Origin: Candidatus Latescibacterota bacterium
Lineage (GTDB): Bacteria > Latescibacterota > UBA2968 > UBA8231
Length of the DNA stretch: 64,000 bases
Direction: 5' to 3'
Assembly: GCA_965261395.1 (NCBI GenBank)
Contig: OZ253462.1
Coordinates: 4,160,001-4,224,000, forward strand
Under the pieces are notes generated by a model that ran no database searches, was not told the origin of the DNA, and was given only the letters and a program-made list of their open reading frames with translations. Shown in pieces: positions 1 to 9,773 of the stretch. A program made the translations under genes and the position numbers. Within the stretch, counting starts at the first letter, position 1, and the number at the start of each line of letters is the position of its first letter.

Positions 1-513
1 GAGTACAGCATGCTGCCTGGCTCCTCTGCTCGCCGAGTAGCCCGCGAACCTAATAGCCGGGCGCGGGAAATTCAGCGTCTGATCGGCCGCTCGCTGCGGA
101 CTATAGTGAATTTGGAGCAAATAGGTGAGCAGACGCTGTATGTCGATTGCGATGTCATACAGGCGGATGGCGGAACGCGTACGGCCTCAATAACAGGGGC
201 TTATGTGGCTTTGGTAGAGGCGCTTCAGACGCTGCAGGGCGATGTGCTCGTGGATCAGGTCGCCGCCGTTAGCGTCGGCGTCGTGGGGGATCAGCTCCTA
301 TTGGATCTGTGCTACGAGGAAGACAGTCGCGCCGAAACCGATATGAACGTCGTTATGACCGGCTCGGGAGGGATCGTCGAAGTCCAAGGCACGGCTGAAG
401 GGCGTCCCTTTACCCGCGCTCAAGCCGTCGAGTTGCTCGACTTGGCGGCTGTGGGCATAGAGCGCCTACTGGCCGTGCAACAGTCTGTTTTAAGCGCACT
501 TACAGGGGCTTAG
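1..513 (+). CDS. rph: Ribonuclease PH (5'-truncated by window edge)
   Basis: EYSMLP..., [55 protein letters not shown] motifs. Confidence 0.96.
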   Translation, partial: EYSMLPGSSARRVAREPNSRAREIQRLIGRSLRTIVNLEQIGEQTLYVDCDVIQADGGTRTASITGAYVALVEALQTLQGDVLVDQVAAVSVGVVGDQLLLDLCYEEDSRAETDMNVVMTGSGGIVEVQGTAEGRPFTRAQAVELLDLAAVGIERLLAVQQSVLSALTGA

Positions 514-529
514 GGGTTGGAGAAATTGC

Positions 530-558
530 TTGACAGGTTTTGTGACCCCGGCTAAGTT
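530..558 (+). promoter_or_regulatory. sigma70-type promoter for sigma factor gene
   Basis: TTGACA(530-535)-17 bp-TAAGTT(553-558). Confidence 0.6.
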
Positions 559-631
559 AATAGCACATTTTTAGTTTAAAGCACGTGTAGCTTTCCTTTT
601 CCTCCCCACTCTAAACGAAGAGGATGGTTCC

Positions 632-1492
632 ATGGCGGGAATGACTAAAGCACCATTCTGGGATATGGAAGATTGCCTCGGGAGCTATCTAGCCGAGATC
701 GCCCATTCCAAGCCTCTCTCCCCGGCCGACGAGGTCAATCTGGCGCGAAAGATCAAGCAAGGAGATGAAGACGCCCGCAATAGATTAGTCGAAGCCAATC
801 TGCGCTTTGTGGTCAGCGTGGCAAAGGAATACCAAAATCGCGGCGTCCCCCTCGCCGATTTGGTCAGTGCTGGCAATATGGGTTTGATCACAGCCGCCGA
901 GCGCTTTGACGAAGAGAAGGGCTTCAAATTCATCTCCTATGCGGTTTGGTGGATCCGCCAGGCCATCCTACAGACGCTGGCCGAGCAGTCGCGCACGGTT
1001 CGCCTGCCGCTGAACAAGATCGGCTTGCTCTACAAGATATCCAAAGCGTCACGCATCTTGCAGCAAGAGCGCACTGACGATCCCCACCCGGAAGCCATTG
1101 CCGAGCAGCTCGATGTCCCGGTTGAAGAGGTCAAGGAGACCTTGATGTGCGGCCGCTCGATGCGGTCGCTCGACGCGGCCTTCCTCGGCGAAGAAGATCA
1201 CAGCCTGCTCGACGTGCTGCCAGACGAACGCCAAGAGTCCCCTGAAAACCAAGTGATGCGCGGCTGTCTGCGCGGGCAGATTGACTCGGCTCTGAGTCGG
1301 CTCATCGGGCGCGAGGCCGAAATTCTCCGCCTCTACTTTGGGCTGAACGGGGAAGAGCCTATGACCTTGGACCAGATCGGCATGCGCTTTGGGCTGACGC
1401 GCGAGCGAGTCAGGCAAATCAAGGAGAAAGCGCTGCACCGGTTGCGGCACCCCAGCCGCTGCGATCATCTGCGCTCCTACAGCCGCGCTTGA
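632..1492 (+). CDS. RNA polymerase sigma70 factor, RpoD/SigA family lacking region 1.1
   Basis: Region 1.2 (YLAEI..PLS..EV.LA), ANLRFVVSVAK, KFISYAVWWIRQAI, region 4 TRERVRQI. Confidence 0.93.
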   Translation: MAGMTKAPFWDMEDCLGSYLAEIAHSKPLSPADEVNLARKIKQGDEDARNRLVEANLRFVVSVAKEYQNRGVPLADLVSAGNMGLITAAERFDEEKGFKFISYAVWWIRQAILQTLAEQSRTVRLPLNKIGLLYKISKASRILQQERTDDPHPEAIAEQLDVPVEEVKETLMCGRSMRSLDAAFLGEEDHSLLDVLPDERQESPENQVMRGCLRGQIDSALSRLIGREAEILRLYFGLNGEEPMTLDQIGMRFGLTRERVRQIKEKALHRLRHPSRCDHLRSYSRA

Positions 1493-1543
1493 AGACGACC
1501 CCCAACAGGCTCCCCTGCTCCCCAAAAGTCGCAGGAGTACGCC

Positions 1544-1699
1544 ATGTTAGAAGATGCAGTTGAGGAGGATCTGCTGGATTCTATAGACGAAGTCGACGAT
1601 CAGATCAAAAATTTTCGCCAGCGGGTGCGGGCCGTTTTGGACGCTGCCCAGGCCGAGGGAACGCGGCGTAATGAAAAGGAAGGGAACGCGAGGAGATAA
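1544..1699 (+). CDS. Small hypothetical protein (51 aa), not in ORF track
   Basis: AGGAG at 1533-1537, ATG 1544, MLEDAVEEDLLDSIDEVDDQIKNFRQRVRAVLDAAQAEGTRRNEKEGNARR*. Confidence 0.55.
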   Translation: MLEDAVEEDLLDSIDEVDDQIKNFRQRVRAVLDAAQAEGTRRNEKEGNARR

Positions 1700-1776
1700 G
1701 CGACGCGTGGATTGACCAAAGAGGAGACGGCTTGGCTGTCCCCTCTTTTAATTTGTCTGCAACTAATGGAGAGAAC

Positions 1777-2841
1777 CTAAGTACACGACAGTAAAATGGG
1801 TTCATATTGCAGTACGAGTTTAGGTTGATCTCTTGTTTGGTGTATGATCTGTGTGAGTTGGTCTAATCCTCGTCGAAACAGGCTGATGGCTTTTCGTCCA
1901 TGTTTTTTTATGGGAATGGGTTTTCTTTGCTGTAACTGCTGTCCTACCAGTAGTGCCCATAGGAGCGTCCACGCCAGCAGCCCCAGCAGCAAGTGTACGC
2001 GTTGGGGATGAGTCAGGTGGGTATCTTCGAGGTTAAATCCTCTCGATTTCAAACAAGCAAATGTCGTCTCGATAGCCCAGCGCTGGCCATAGAGCGCCAG
2101 CACCTGTTGGAGGTCGGTTCGGTTGGTGATCAGCAGGATGCGTTGGCCGTGGACGGGGCGATGACACACCAAATTCAGGGTCAAGCCGTCATAGAGCGTG
2201 GTCTGTGGGTAATATCGGGTGGTGCCTCGGGGCATCCGTGCATTAAAAGTGGCCCCATAGCGCTGTCGACCATCGTCGAGTGTAAGCGAGGTATTACCGC
2301 GTAGGCGGATGACAAAATCGACCGGCTGCTTCAGCAAAAAAGCAAACCACGCTCGACCGATAAACTCGCGATCGGCGACCAGACAGCACACGCCCGGATC
2401 GAGGTAGGACAACGCCTTAGTCAGCAGACCCTTGCGTTCGTCGGTGTTGGAGTTGCCCGGCTTTTGCAACGACTGATAGGCCAACGGGATAGAAACCCCT
2501 TGATAGACCAAGCCGACACACAACACATTCAGATCGGTGCGACCCAGCTTCCAATGGGTCCGATCCATGACCAACACCTGGGGCTGGCCGGGGCCAACGA
2601 GCTTGGAGACGATCAACTCGGTAAACACCGACGGGGAGAATGCGCTGCTGAAAAAACGCTGTAGGCGGCGATAGTGACTGTCAATTTGGGCTATGCCCGA
2701 CAGACTACACGCGAGTTTTTTCATATTCACCGAACGCACTTGAATCAGCGCACATACTAAACGACTGATTAGGTCGATACGATGGCGCGTGAGAGATACG
2801 GGCCCTTGCGTGAGGGCTTTTTTGAGCGTATGAATAAGCAT
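1777..2841 (-). CDS. IS4 DDE transposase
   Basis: YRRLQRFF, MDRTHWKLG, ADREFIG, Y..RWAIETTF..LKSRGFNLEDTH; likely ATG at 2841 with AGGGG upstream; stop codon lies inside the TIR. Confidence 0.94.
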   Translation of the reverse strand: MLIHTLKKALTQGPVSLTRHRIDLISRLVCALIQVRSVNMKKLACSLSGIAQIDSHYRRLQRFFSSAFSPSVFTELIVSKLVGPGQPQVLVMDRTHWKLGRTDLNVLCVGLVYQGVSIPLAYQSLQKPGNSNTDERKGLLTKALSYLDPGVCCLVADREFIGRAWFAFLLKQPVDFVIRLRGNTSLTLDDGRQRYGATFNARMPRGTTRYYPQTTLYDGLTLNLVCHRPVHGQRILLITNRTDLQQVLALYGQRWAIETTFACLKSRGFNLEDTHLTHPQRVHLLLGLLAWTLLWALLVGQQLQQRKPIPIKKHGRKAISLFRRGLDQLTQIIHQTRDQPKLVLQYEPILLSCT

Positions 2842-2942
2842 GGTGCGGCCCCTGTGGTTAGGATTTAGATGCAATCTTGGTCGATTACAAATAAACCTAA
2901 AGCAGGGCTGCACCACAACTTACATTACTGTCGTGTACTTAG
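1777..2942 (-). mobile_element. IS4-family insertion sequence (ISAba1/IS10-group-like), 1166 bp
   Basis: Perfect 18-bp TIRs CTAAGTACACGACAGTAA (1777-1794 and 2925-2942); 8-bp target duplication GAGAGAAC (1769-1776 and 2943-2950). Confidence 0.95.
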
Positions 2943-2954
2943 GAGAGAACTAAA

Positions 2955-3788
2955 ATGGACAAATGGGCAACAGGCATATTTACCTCTATTGACGAGGGCT
3001 TAGGGGCTGGATTGGATTCGGTGAAAGAGCTAGGGGTTTCTACTGTACATCTGCACGCGCCGCGCCGCGATTTTCGCACCCCAGAGAAAACCGCTGAAAT
3101 CAAGGACCAGTTCGCCGCGGCTGGGATCGAAATCAGCGTGGTTTTCGCCGGTTTCCCCGACGACGATTACACTACGCCGAAAATCGCCCAGCAAACGGTC
3201 GGGCTGGTGCCTTTAGATCGCCGGGAGCATCGGCTCGAGGAGACCTTGGCTATCGCGGATTTTGCCGCGGCGCTAGGAGTAGATGCTGTCGGTATGCACT
3301 TGGGCTTCGTGCCGGAGGCGTCGGATTCGGATTTCGCCGCGGTCGTCGAAGTTGCGCGCACGGTGTGCGATCACTGCCGGGGGTATGGCCAGTATTTTCA
3401 TCTAGAAACCGGTCAAGAGACCGCTGACGAACTTCTCGCCTTTATCGAAGCCGTCGATCGCGAGAACCTCGCGGTCAATTTCGATCCGGCCAATATGATC
3501 CTCTACCAAGCCGGTCCGCCGCTAGAGGCATTGGATCGGGTGGGGCGCTTTGTCCGCAGCGTCCACTGCAAAGATGCCGCAATCGAGCGCCGCCCGGACC
3601 AGCCATGGTACGAGGATGCACCGCTTGGCCAAGGCGACGTCGACATCAGGACATTCCTCTTGAAGTTGCGCGATTTGGGGTACGAGGGGCCACTGACCAT
3701 TGAGCGCGAATACGCCCCAGATCAGGTGGGGGATATCAGCGCGGCCCTGCAGCTACTCACCGATTTACGCCGAGAGATTTTGGGTTGA
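2955..3788 (+). CDS. Sugar phosphate isomerase/epimerase (xylose-isomerase-like TIM barrel)
   Basis: LETGQE, NFDPAN, VHCKD, LGQGDVD, GPLTIERE metal-binding motifs. Confidence 0.85.
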   Translation: MDKWATGIFTSIDEGLGAGLDSVKELGVSTVHLHAPRRDFRTPEKTAEIKDQFAAAGIEISVVFAGFPDDDYTTPKIAQQTVGLVPLDRREHRLEETLAIADFAAALGVDAVGMHLGFVPEASDSDFAAVVEVARTVCDHCRGYGQYFHLETGQETADELLAFIEAVDRENLAVNFDPANMILYQAGPPLEALDRVGRFVRSVHCKDAAIERRPDQPWYEDAPLGQGDVDIRTFLLKLRDLGYEGPLTIEREYAPDQVGDISAALQLLTDLRREILG

Positions 3789-4561
3789 GTGCGTCGCTGC
3801 AGAGCTGTTTGGATTTTACAGTAGATGCGGCTTGGCAAGCGGGCAAAATCACCTTGCGCTACTTCCAGTCGGGCATCCGCGCCGAGTGGAAGGAAGATCT
3901 ATCGCCGGTGACCATCGCCGATCGCGAAGCCGAAGCTAAGATACGGGACTTGTTGGCCAAAGCCTATCCCCACGACGGGATTGTCGGCGAGGAATTTGGC
4001 CAAGTTGAAGGGAGCTCCGGCGCGCGCTGGATTATCGATCCCATTGACGGGACCAAATCTTTTGTCCAAGGGGTGCCGCTCTACGGAGTGCTCATCGCGC
4101 GGGAAGGGCCGGATGGGGTTGACGTAGGCTGTTGCTACATGCCGGCCCTCGACGAGATGGTGTGGGCCGCTAAAGGCGAGGGCTGTTGGTGGAATGGTCG
4201 GCGGGCTGCGGTATCCTCGGTTGCCGAGTTAGGCCAGGCCTGTATCTGCTATACGTCGTGGCCGAGCTTTGCCGAACAGGGCCGCGAACAGGAGTGGCAG
4301 CAGCTAGTCGCTAGCACTCGGCTGCGCCGGGGATGGGGCGATTGTTACGGCCACATACTCGTGGCCACCGGCCGGGCCGAGGCCAGCTTTGACCCCATTA
4401 TGAACCCGTGGGATTGCGGACCATTGCTGCCGATTCTACAGGAAGCTGGCGGCACCTTTACCGATTGGCAGGGAGTGCCGACGATATACGGCAAAGATGC
4501 CTTCTCTTCCAATGGGCATCTCTTCGAGTCCATCATGGGGCATCTGGGTCGGCCGCAGTGA
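3785..4561 (+). CDS. hisN: Histidinol-phosphatase, inositol monophosphatase family
   Basis: SPVTIADREAE, GEEFG, WIIDPIDGTKSFVQGVPLYG, GWGDCYG, WDCGPL. Confidence 0.8.
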   Translation: MSASLQSCLDFTVDAAWQAGKITLRYFQSGIRAEWKEDLSPVTIADREAEAKIRDLLAKAYPHDGIVGEEFGQVEGSSGARWIIDPIDGTKSFVQGVPLYGVLIAREGPDGVDVGCCYMPALDEMVWAAKGEGCWWNGRRAAVSSVAELGQACICYTSWPSFAEQGREQEWQQLVASTRLRRGWGDCYGHILVATGRAEASFDPIMNPWDCGPLLPILQEAGGTFTDWQGVPTIYGKDAFSSNGHLFESIMGHLGRPQ

Positions 4562-5421
4562 TAGACGAACTCAGGAGTCGGGTTGTCTTCTGTCTAGGGG
4601 TCGGCCGCGATGCCGTGGTGGCAACGTACCGCCACGATTGCACGACTGCGGCCCCAGCCATGGCTTTTGACTTTATATTTGCCGTTTTCCCGGGCATCCT
4701 CGTGCTGACGGCCCTATTGGGCTTCTTGGGCACATCGTCTGAGGATTTCATTCAAGTCCTCGAAATTTTGGGCATTGTCATCCCCGTTCCGCTGCTGGAG
4801 GCTGTCGAAGACAATATCAACTTTCTCTCGTCGCAGAGTTTGTTCGTCATCGGGTTCTTGGGTGTCATCTGGCCGGCGTCGGCTTGCATGTCCACTACGA
4901 TGATGGCGCTCAACCGAGCCTATGGCGTGCAAGAGCATCGGTCTTTCTACAAGCGACGCATTCTCTCGCTCGCCCTAATCGTGGTGTTGGGGGTTTCCTT
5001 CGTCTTTTTTTTTAATCTTATCATATTCGGCGAACATGTCGAGAGCTGGCTGCGGGCCTATTGGACTTCCTCGCATCACTTTTCTCCATTGGTCGCCTTG
5101 TTACGGCGCACGGTAGTCGTGATCGGCATGGTCACCACAGCCGCTTGTATTTACTATATTATGCCCGCTGTGCGCCTGCGTTGGTTGGACGTGTTGCCAG
5201 GTAGTGTGGTGTCTTCTGCGCTGGCCGGGGTCATCGCTTCTGGATTGGATTACGTCGAGCGGTTCAGCTATTACAATGTCATCTATGGCGTACTCGGGAC
5301 CGCCATCATCCTTTTATTGTCCGCGTATTTGCTGGCTTTTACTTTGTTGTTGGGCGGCGAATTGAACGCGGTGCTCTATCGCCGCCGCCATAGATTTGAC
5401 GCGCGCCCGACAGATTATTAG
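4558..5421 (+). CDS. YihY/BrkB family membrane protein
   Basis: Multi-TM; AMAF..IFA.FP, ALNRAYGV.E.R, Y..IYG.LG, LLLGGELNA; GTG 4558 overlaps hisN stop. Confidence 0.85.
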   Translation: MIDELRSRVVFCLGVGRDAVVATYRHDCTTAAPAMAFDFIFAVFPGILVLTALLGFLGTSSEDFIQVLEILGIVIPVPLLEAVEDNINFLSSQSLFVIGFLGVIWPASACMSTTMMALNRAYGVQEHRSFYKRRILSLALIVVLGVSFVFFFNLIIFGEHVESWLRAYWTSSHHFSPLVALLRRTVVVIGMVTTAACIYYIMPAVRLRWLDVLPGSVVSSALAGVIASGLDYVERFSYYNVIYGVLGTAIILLLSAYLLAFTLLLGGELNAVLYRRRHRFDARPTDY

Positions 5422-5465
5422 GTTGGAGTTTACAGCAGTAATGTCTTTGGGAAATGGAGAAACCA

Positions 5466-5918
5466 ATGCGCAAAAATTTAATCCTATTCGCGCTCGTCAG
5501 CGGACTTTTGGCCTGCGGCGGCAAACGAGATGAGCTGACCCCTTATATCCAGACCTTGCAGGGCTTGGAGAGCCATAGCCAACAGCTAATGCGCTATCAG
5601 GTGTACCTGACGACCGAGGGCATGACCAATCAGGCCCACGACGTCAAAGAAGTCATGCAGACCTTGCTCGACGAGCTGGAGAAGGTCGAACTCGAAGACA
5701 AGCGCCTCCGGGCCTTGCACAACGCCATGAAGCGGTCCTTGAAGGCGGCGATGCGCAAGCTGGTCGAGCCAGACTTCCCGACGTTTGTGCCCAACGCCCA
5801 AAGGAGTGTTACGGTCGTCGAAAGAGAATTTACCAAGATATATGGCAACCTAGAAGTGATGTGGGAGAAGGCTGGCAAGACCGAACCCTTCCCGCTCAAG
5901 TGGGAAGCCAAGCACTAG
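5466..5918 (+). CDS. Hypothetical lipoprotein
   Basis: MRKNLILFALVSGLLA-C lipobox; GGAG SD; followed by terminator. Confidence 0.75.
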   Translation: MRKNLILFALVSGLLACGGKRDELTPYIQTLQGLESHSQQLMRYQVYLTTEGMTNQAHDVKEVMQTLLDELEKVELEDKRLRALHNAMKRSLKAAMRKLVEPDFPTFVPNAQRSVTVVEREFTKIYGNLEVMWEKAGKTEPFPLKWEAKH

Positions 5919-5952
5919 TTAAGTCCGCTGCCCGCTGCCCGCTGCATGGCGT

Positions 5953-5983
5953 AGAGCTCCCCCGGTAACAGGGGGAGCTTTTT
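5953..5983 (+). terminator. Rho-independent terminator
   Basis: AGCTCCCCC/GGGGGAGCT stem followed by T-run. Confidence 0.8.
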
Positions 5984-6024
5984 GTGTTAAATTGCCGTGC
6001 AGAAGAAGAAGGGATGAACAAATC

Positions 6025-6219
6025 ATGTTGTTCATGTTGTTCAAATTGCTGTTGGCGACGGTGATAGTGTTGCTGTGTTACGCCGCATACCGGCAGCTAA
6101 AGGGCCGTCCCCGCAGAGGTGCGTCCAACCAGCGCGGCAGCATTGATCCGAGCCAAGTTGCCGAGGCCGAATACTGCATATTGGACGAAGAAGGGGCTGA
6201 AAGCGAAGATCGTGGCTAA
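6025..6219 (+). CDS. Small single-TM hypothetical protein
   Basis: Hydrophobic N-terminal helix, basic patch, acidic C-terminus; overlaps holA start. Confidence 0.55.
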   Translation: MLFMLFKLLLATVIVLLCYAAYRQLKGRPRRGASNQRGSIDPSQVAEAEYCILDEEGAESEDRG

Positions 6220-7231
6220 GAGAGCCAAAGGGCTGAGCCCCGAAGAGTTGCTGGCCGAAATCGCCAAAGGGGATATTCGGCCCTTTTATTTGCTACACGG
6301 GGACGAGGAATACGAGCGCGAAGCCTTGGTCTCATCTATGGTGGAAGCCTTAGTGCCAGCCCAAACTCGGGATTTCAATCTCGACGTGGTGAGGGCTGAG
6401 CGCTTGGAGATGCTGGATTTTTTTCAGGTCTATGATACCTATCCCATGATGGCCGAGAGTCGGCTGACTGTGCTGCGCAATGCCGAGGCTTTAACAGCCG
6501 ACCAGTGTCGTGGCTTGGAGCGCGTATTTGCAACGCCGGTGGAGACTAGTCGGTTGCTGGTAGTGGGCCAAAAGGTCGATATGCGGCGAAAGTTCTTTCG
6601 CGAGCTCTCACGACGGGGTCGCGCGCTAGAATTTAGGCCGCCCTACGACGACAAAGTTCCGCAGTGGATACAGAGGTACGCCAAGCGCCAAGGGGTGCAG
6701 ATCGAGCCCGCGGCCGTCCAGCTACTTAGCCAGTACGTGGGAGCCAAGCCGAGCGAACTGGTCAGCGAGATAGAAAAGCTGATCAGTTTTGCCGGGGCGG
6801 GCCAGCCGATCACCGCCTCGGCGGTCGAACAAGTCGCTGGTATCACGCGCGGGGCTAGCGTGTTCGATCTCGCCGATGCTCTCGGCCAAGGGCATGGCAA
6901 GCTAGCCCAAGAGCTGATGCAAAAGTTTCTTAGCCAAGGGGAAGAGCCTACTCGCGCCGTAGCAATGGTCACCCGCCACTTCCAGCTTTTGCTCAAGGCT
7001 AAGGGGCTAATGGGCAAGTCGCTACCGCGCGACAAAATGGCCGCCGAATTAGGTGTTGCGCCGTTCTTTTTGTCTGGGTATTTGGAGCAGGCCAAGCGCC
7101 GTCCTGCCTCTTGGCTGTGGGCGGGGTTGAGTGCCTTAAAGGAGGCCGATTGGCGTCTAAAATCGCAGGGACGACGCCAAGAGCGCTTGGTTTTGGAACT
7201 GCTGGTGGCCAAGTTGTGTCGGGAGCGCTAA
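6212..7231 (+). CDS. holA: DNA polymerase III delta subunit
   Basis: PFYLLHGDEEY, DFNLD, YPMMAESR, SEIEKL, SVFDLADAL, ADWRLKS; GTG start at 6212 inferred. Confidence 0.92.
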   Translation: MAKRAKGLSPEELLAEIAKGDIRPFYLLHGDEEYEREALVSSMVEALVPAQTRDFNLDVVRAERLEMLDFFQVYDTYPMMAESRLTVLRNAEALTADQCRGLERVFATPVETSRLLVVGQKVDMRRKFFRELSRRGRALEFRPPYDDKVPQWIQRYAKRQGVQIEPAAVQLLSQYVGAKPSELVSEIEKLISFAGAGQPITASAVEQVAGITRGASVFDLADALGQGHGKLAQELMQKFLSQGEEPTRAVAMVTRHFQLLLKAKGLMGKSLPRDKMAAELGVAPFFLSGYLEQAKRRPASWLWAGLSALKEADWRLKSQGRRQERLVLELLVAKLCRER

Positions 7232-7233
7232 GC

Positions 7234-7262
7234 TTGACAATGGGTAGTGTCAGAGCTATAAT
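7234..7262 (+). promoter_or_regulatory. Perfect-consensus sigma70 promoter of trxA
   Basis: TTGACA(7234-7239)-17 bp-TATAAT(7257-7262). Confidence 0.85.
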
Positions 7263-7327
7263 TGAGACACAAGGTGTTGTGTTTATAACATGTTGAAAAG
7301 TATAAACTAACAAGCAAAGGACCCATT

Positions 7328-7654
7328 GTGAGCGAACCTACCGTCTTAACCGATGACAATTTCAGTGCCGAAGTCCTCAACTCCGGTCTGCCCGTACTCG
7401 TAGATTTCTGGGCGACGTGGTGCGGGCCATGCCGAATGATTGCGCCGATTGTCCAAGAATTGAGCGGCGAATACGAAGGCAGGGCCAAAGTGGGCAAATT
7501 GGACGTTGACGAGGCCCAGAGAACAGCGGCCGAATTCGGCATTCGTAGCATCCCTACCTTGCTCATTTTCAAAGGGGGCAAAGTCGCCGATCAGATAATT
7601 GGCGCTGTCCCCAAACGGCAAATCGCTGAAAAGCTAGAGGCTGTATTGGCCTAA
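7328..7654 (+). CDS. trxA: Thioredoxin
   Basis: VDFWATWCGPC, SIPTL. Confidence 0.97.
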   Translation: MSEPTVLTDDNFSAEVLNSGLPVLVDFWATWCGPCRMIAPIVQELSGEYEGRAKVGKLDVDEAQRTAAEFGIRSIPTLLIFKGGKVADQIIGAVPKRQIAEKLEAVLA

Positions 7655-7713
7655 TTGTGCAGACGAGAGGGCTTAGGGTGTTGCCTGTCCTGTGGTGAGC
7701 GGGAGTGCTAAAC

Positions 7714-8292
7714 ATGCCGTCTGATCCTCTCTGGAAGTACGTCTTTCGCCATCTGCGAGAGAGCGTGAGGAGTGGCCGCAAGGAGGAAGAGACTGCCACC
7801 TGCAAGCTCTTGAAGAAAGTGCCCATCTTTCAGGAACTGAGCGGACGAGAGCTGCACAAGATAGAAGAGATGCTCTACGGGCCTAGGGATTGGCGAACCC
7901 GCGAGGCAATTGTCAACCAAGGGGATCCCGGGATCGGGATGTACATCGTCGTTTCCGGTCAAGTGCGGGTTGCACAGATGGGCGACGATGGGGTTGAGAA
8001 ACAGCTAGCCACTTTGACCTGTGGGGATTTTTTTGGCGAACAGGCCCTCGTAGATGAATCGCCGCGTCCTGCTTCTGCTTACGCCGTCCGGTCTTGTAGC
8101 CTCCTCGTGTTTTGCCGCCCCGACTTACTCGAACTCATAGATAGCAACATTCCGCTCGCCCTGAAAATAGTCGAAGGCTTGGCGCAAGTGATCTCGGCCG
8201 ACGTACTCGAACTCATAGAGAAAATATCGGTGCAGTTGCGCGACCCCGAGCGCCTATTAAAAGGGGCACGACGAGCAGGCACTATCCAATGA
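7714..8292 (+). CDS. Cyclic-nucleotide-binding domain protein (no HTH)
   Basis: LKKVPIFQEL, QGDPG..MYIVVSGQV, GDFFGEQAL..ESPRPASA. Confidence 0.88.
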   Translation: MPSDPLWKYVFRHLRESVRSGRKEEETATCKLLKKVPIFQELSGRELHKIEEMLYGPRDWRTREAIVNQGDPGIGMYIVVSGQVRVAQMGDDGVEKQLATLTCGDFFGEQALVDESPRPASAYAVRSCSLLVFCRPDLLELIDSNIPLALKIVEGLAQVISADVLELIEKISVQLRDPERLLKGARRAGTIQ

Positions 8293-9680
8293 TCCATTGG
8301 CAAGTCAAAACCGCCATCGGCTTAGTGGCAGTAGCGGTCGCTGGGTGGTTCCTATACGAGATTCGCGGAATCCTCACTCCTTTTGTTTTCGCTTTTATCT
8401 TGGCCTATATCCTCTACCCGATCATCGATTGGATAGAGAGGAGGGGGTTGGGGCGGGTTTGGAGCATCCTCCTCGTCTTCTCGCTCGTTTTTGCCGGGCT
8501 GGTGCTGGGCGCATTCAAGGTAGGAGACAAGCTGACCGGAGAAACGGTCGATAGGGTTTTTACTATCGCCAATACTGGAGACAAACTCCTAATCATCCAA
8601 GGGATGGCTTGGGAAGACGATTCGCGGGACCAGCCGTTCGTCCTAAAAAAAGAACACCGCTGGCCGCTAGAGATCGCTCCTATGGAGGAGTTGGCAGTTC
8701 ATCTGCGCTTTGTTCCCAAGGACCACGCACCGGCTGCAAACGCGCTCTTGATCGAGTACTCGCAGGGAAGGGGCACGCACATCCAGCGCATTAGCGTCCA
8801 CGGTAATAGCAATGCGGCCACCGGAGGCCGAGCGGCCGACAAACCGGGTCCCGTTGTGTTTTCGCGTGCCGATATTGGCTTTGGCAAGGCCGACCCCAAC
8901 GTCTTGGTGAAAATCGGCGATAGGATCTTGACGGAAACCAGCGCTAGGGCTTCAAAAATTCAGCCCACGTTACAGCCCTATTTAGGGAGCGATTTCCGCC
9001 TCGCCGAGTTGATTCGGGAGTACGGTGAACGGCTGATGCAAACCATGTTGGGGGGCACTACTATATTTATCGGGGGCGTGATTTCGGGCCTTACTTTTGC
9101 GGTGATCGTGCCGTTTGTGGCGTTCTTTTTTCTTAAAGAGGGGCGGCGCTTGACGCGATGCCTGATTGCATTTGTTCCCAACGCCTATTTTGAATTGTGC
9201 TTAAACCTGATGTACCGAGCCAATAAACAGATCGGGAATTATATCCGTGGCCAGCTTTTGGCTGTTCTCGTCGTATCGGTGCTCTCGATTAGCGGTTTGT
9301 CCATTATCGGCGTCTATTATGCCCTGCCTCTGGGGTTGCTCGCCGGGTTGGCCAACGTAATCCCGTATCTCGGGCCATTGATCGGGATCGTCTGCTCTTC
9401 AATTGTGGCCTTGGCTACCGGCGGTGGTTTGGCGATGGTAGCCAAAGTGATCGTTATGTTCTTGGTCATTCAACTGATCGACAACGTACTCATTCAACCC
9501 ACAATGGTAGCCAAAAGCGTCGAACTGCACCCTTTGGTCGTCCTCTTTGTCGTCATGGTGGGAAGCCAGTTCATGGGAATCATCGGGATGCTAATCGCCG
9601 TGCCGCTCACAGGTATAGCGAAAGTGAGCGGCCAAACCATCTACGAAGGGGTTCGGCAATACCGGTTTAGAGTAGGTTGA
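8289..9680 (+). CDS. AI-2E family transporter with inserted Ig-like domain
   Basis: PFVFAFILAYILYP, YIRGQLL, NVIPYLG, QLIDNVLIQP, LHPL..GMLIAVP. Confidence 0.88.
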   Translation: MIHWQVKTAIGLVAVAVAGWFLYEIRGILTPFVFAFILAYILYPIIDWIERRGLGRVWSILLVFSLVFAGLVLGAFKVGDKLTGETVDRVFTIANTGDKLLIIQGMAWEDDSRDQPFVLKKEHRWPLEIAPMEELAVHLRFVPKDHAPAANALLIEYSQGRGTHIQRISVHGNSNAATGGRAADKPGPVVFSRADIGFGKADPNVLVKIGDRILTETSARASKIQPTLQPYLGSDFRLAELIREYGERLMQTMLGGTTIFIGGVISGLTFAVIVPFVAFFFLKEGRRLTRCLIAFVPNAYFELCLNLMYRANKQIGNYIRGQLLAVLVVSVLSISGLSIIGVYYALPLGLLAGLANVIPYLGPLIGIVCSSIVALATGGGLAMVAKVIVMFLVIQLIDNVLIQPTMVAKSVELHPLVVLFVVMVGSQFMGIIGMLIAVPLTGIAKVSGQTIYEGVRQYRFRVG

Positions 9681-9773
9681 CAAACCTATATATATTGCTT
9701 AACTACATCCCTTATATCCCGAATTTTGGTAAGAGGCATTTAAGGCCCTTTAGGGGTAGGAGGAATAGATTCA

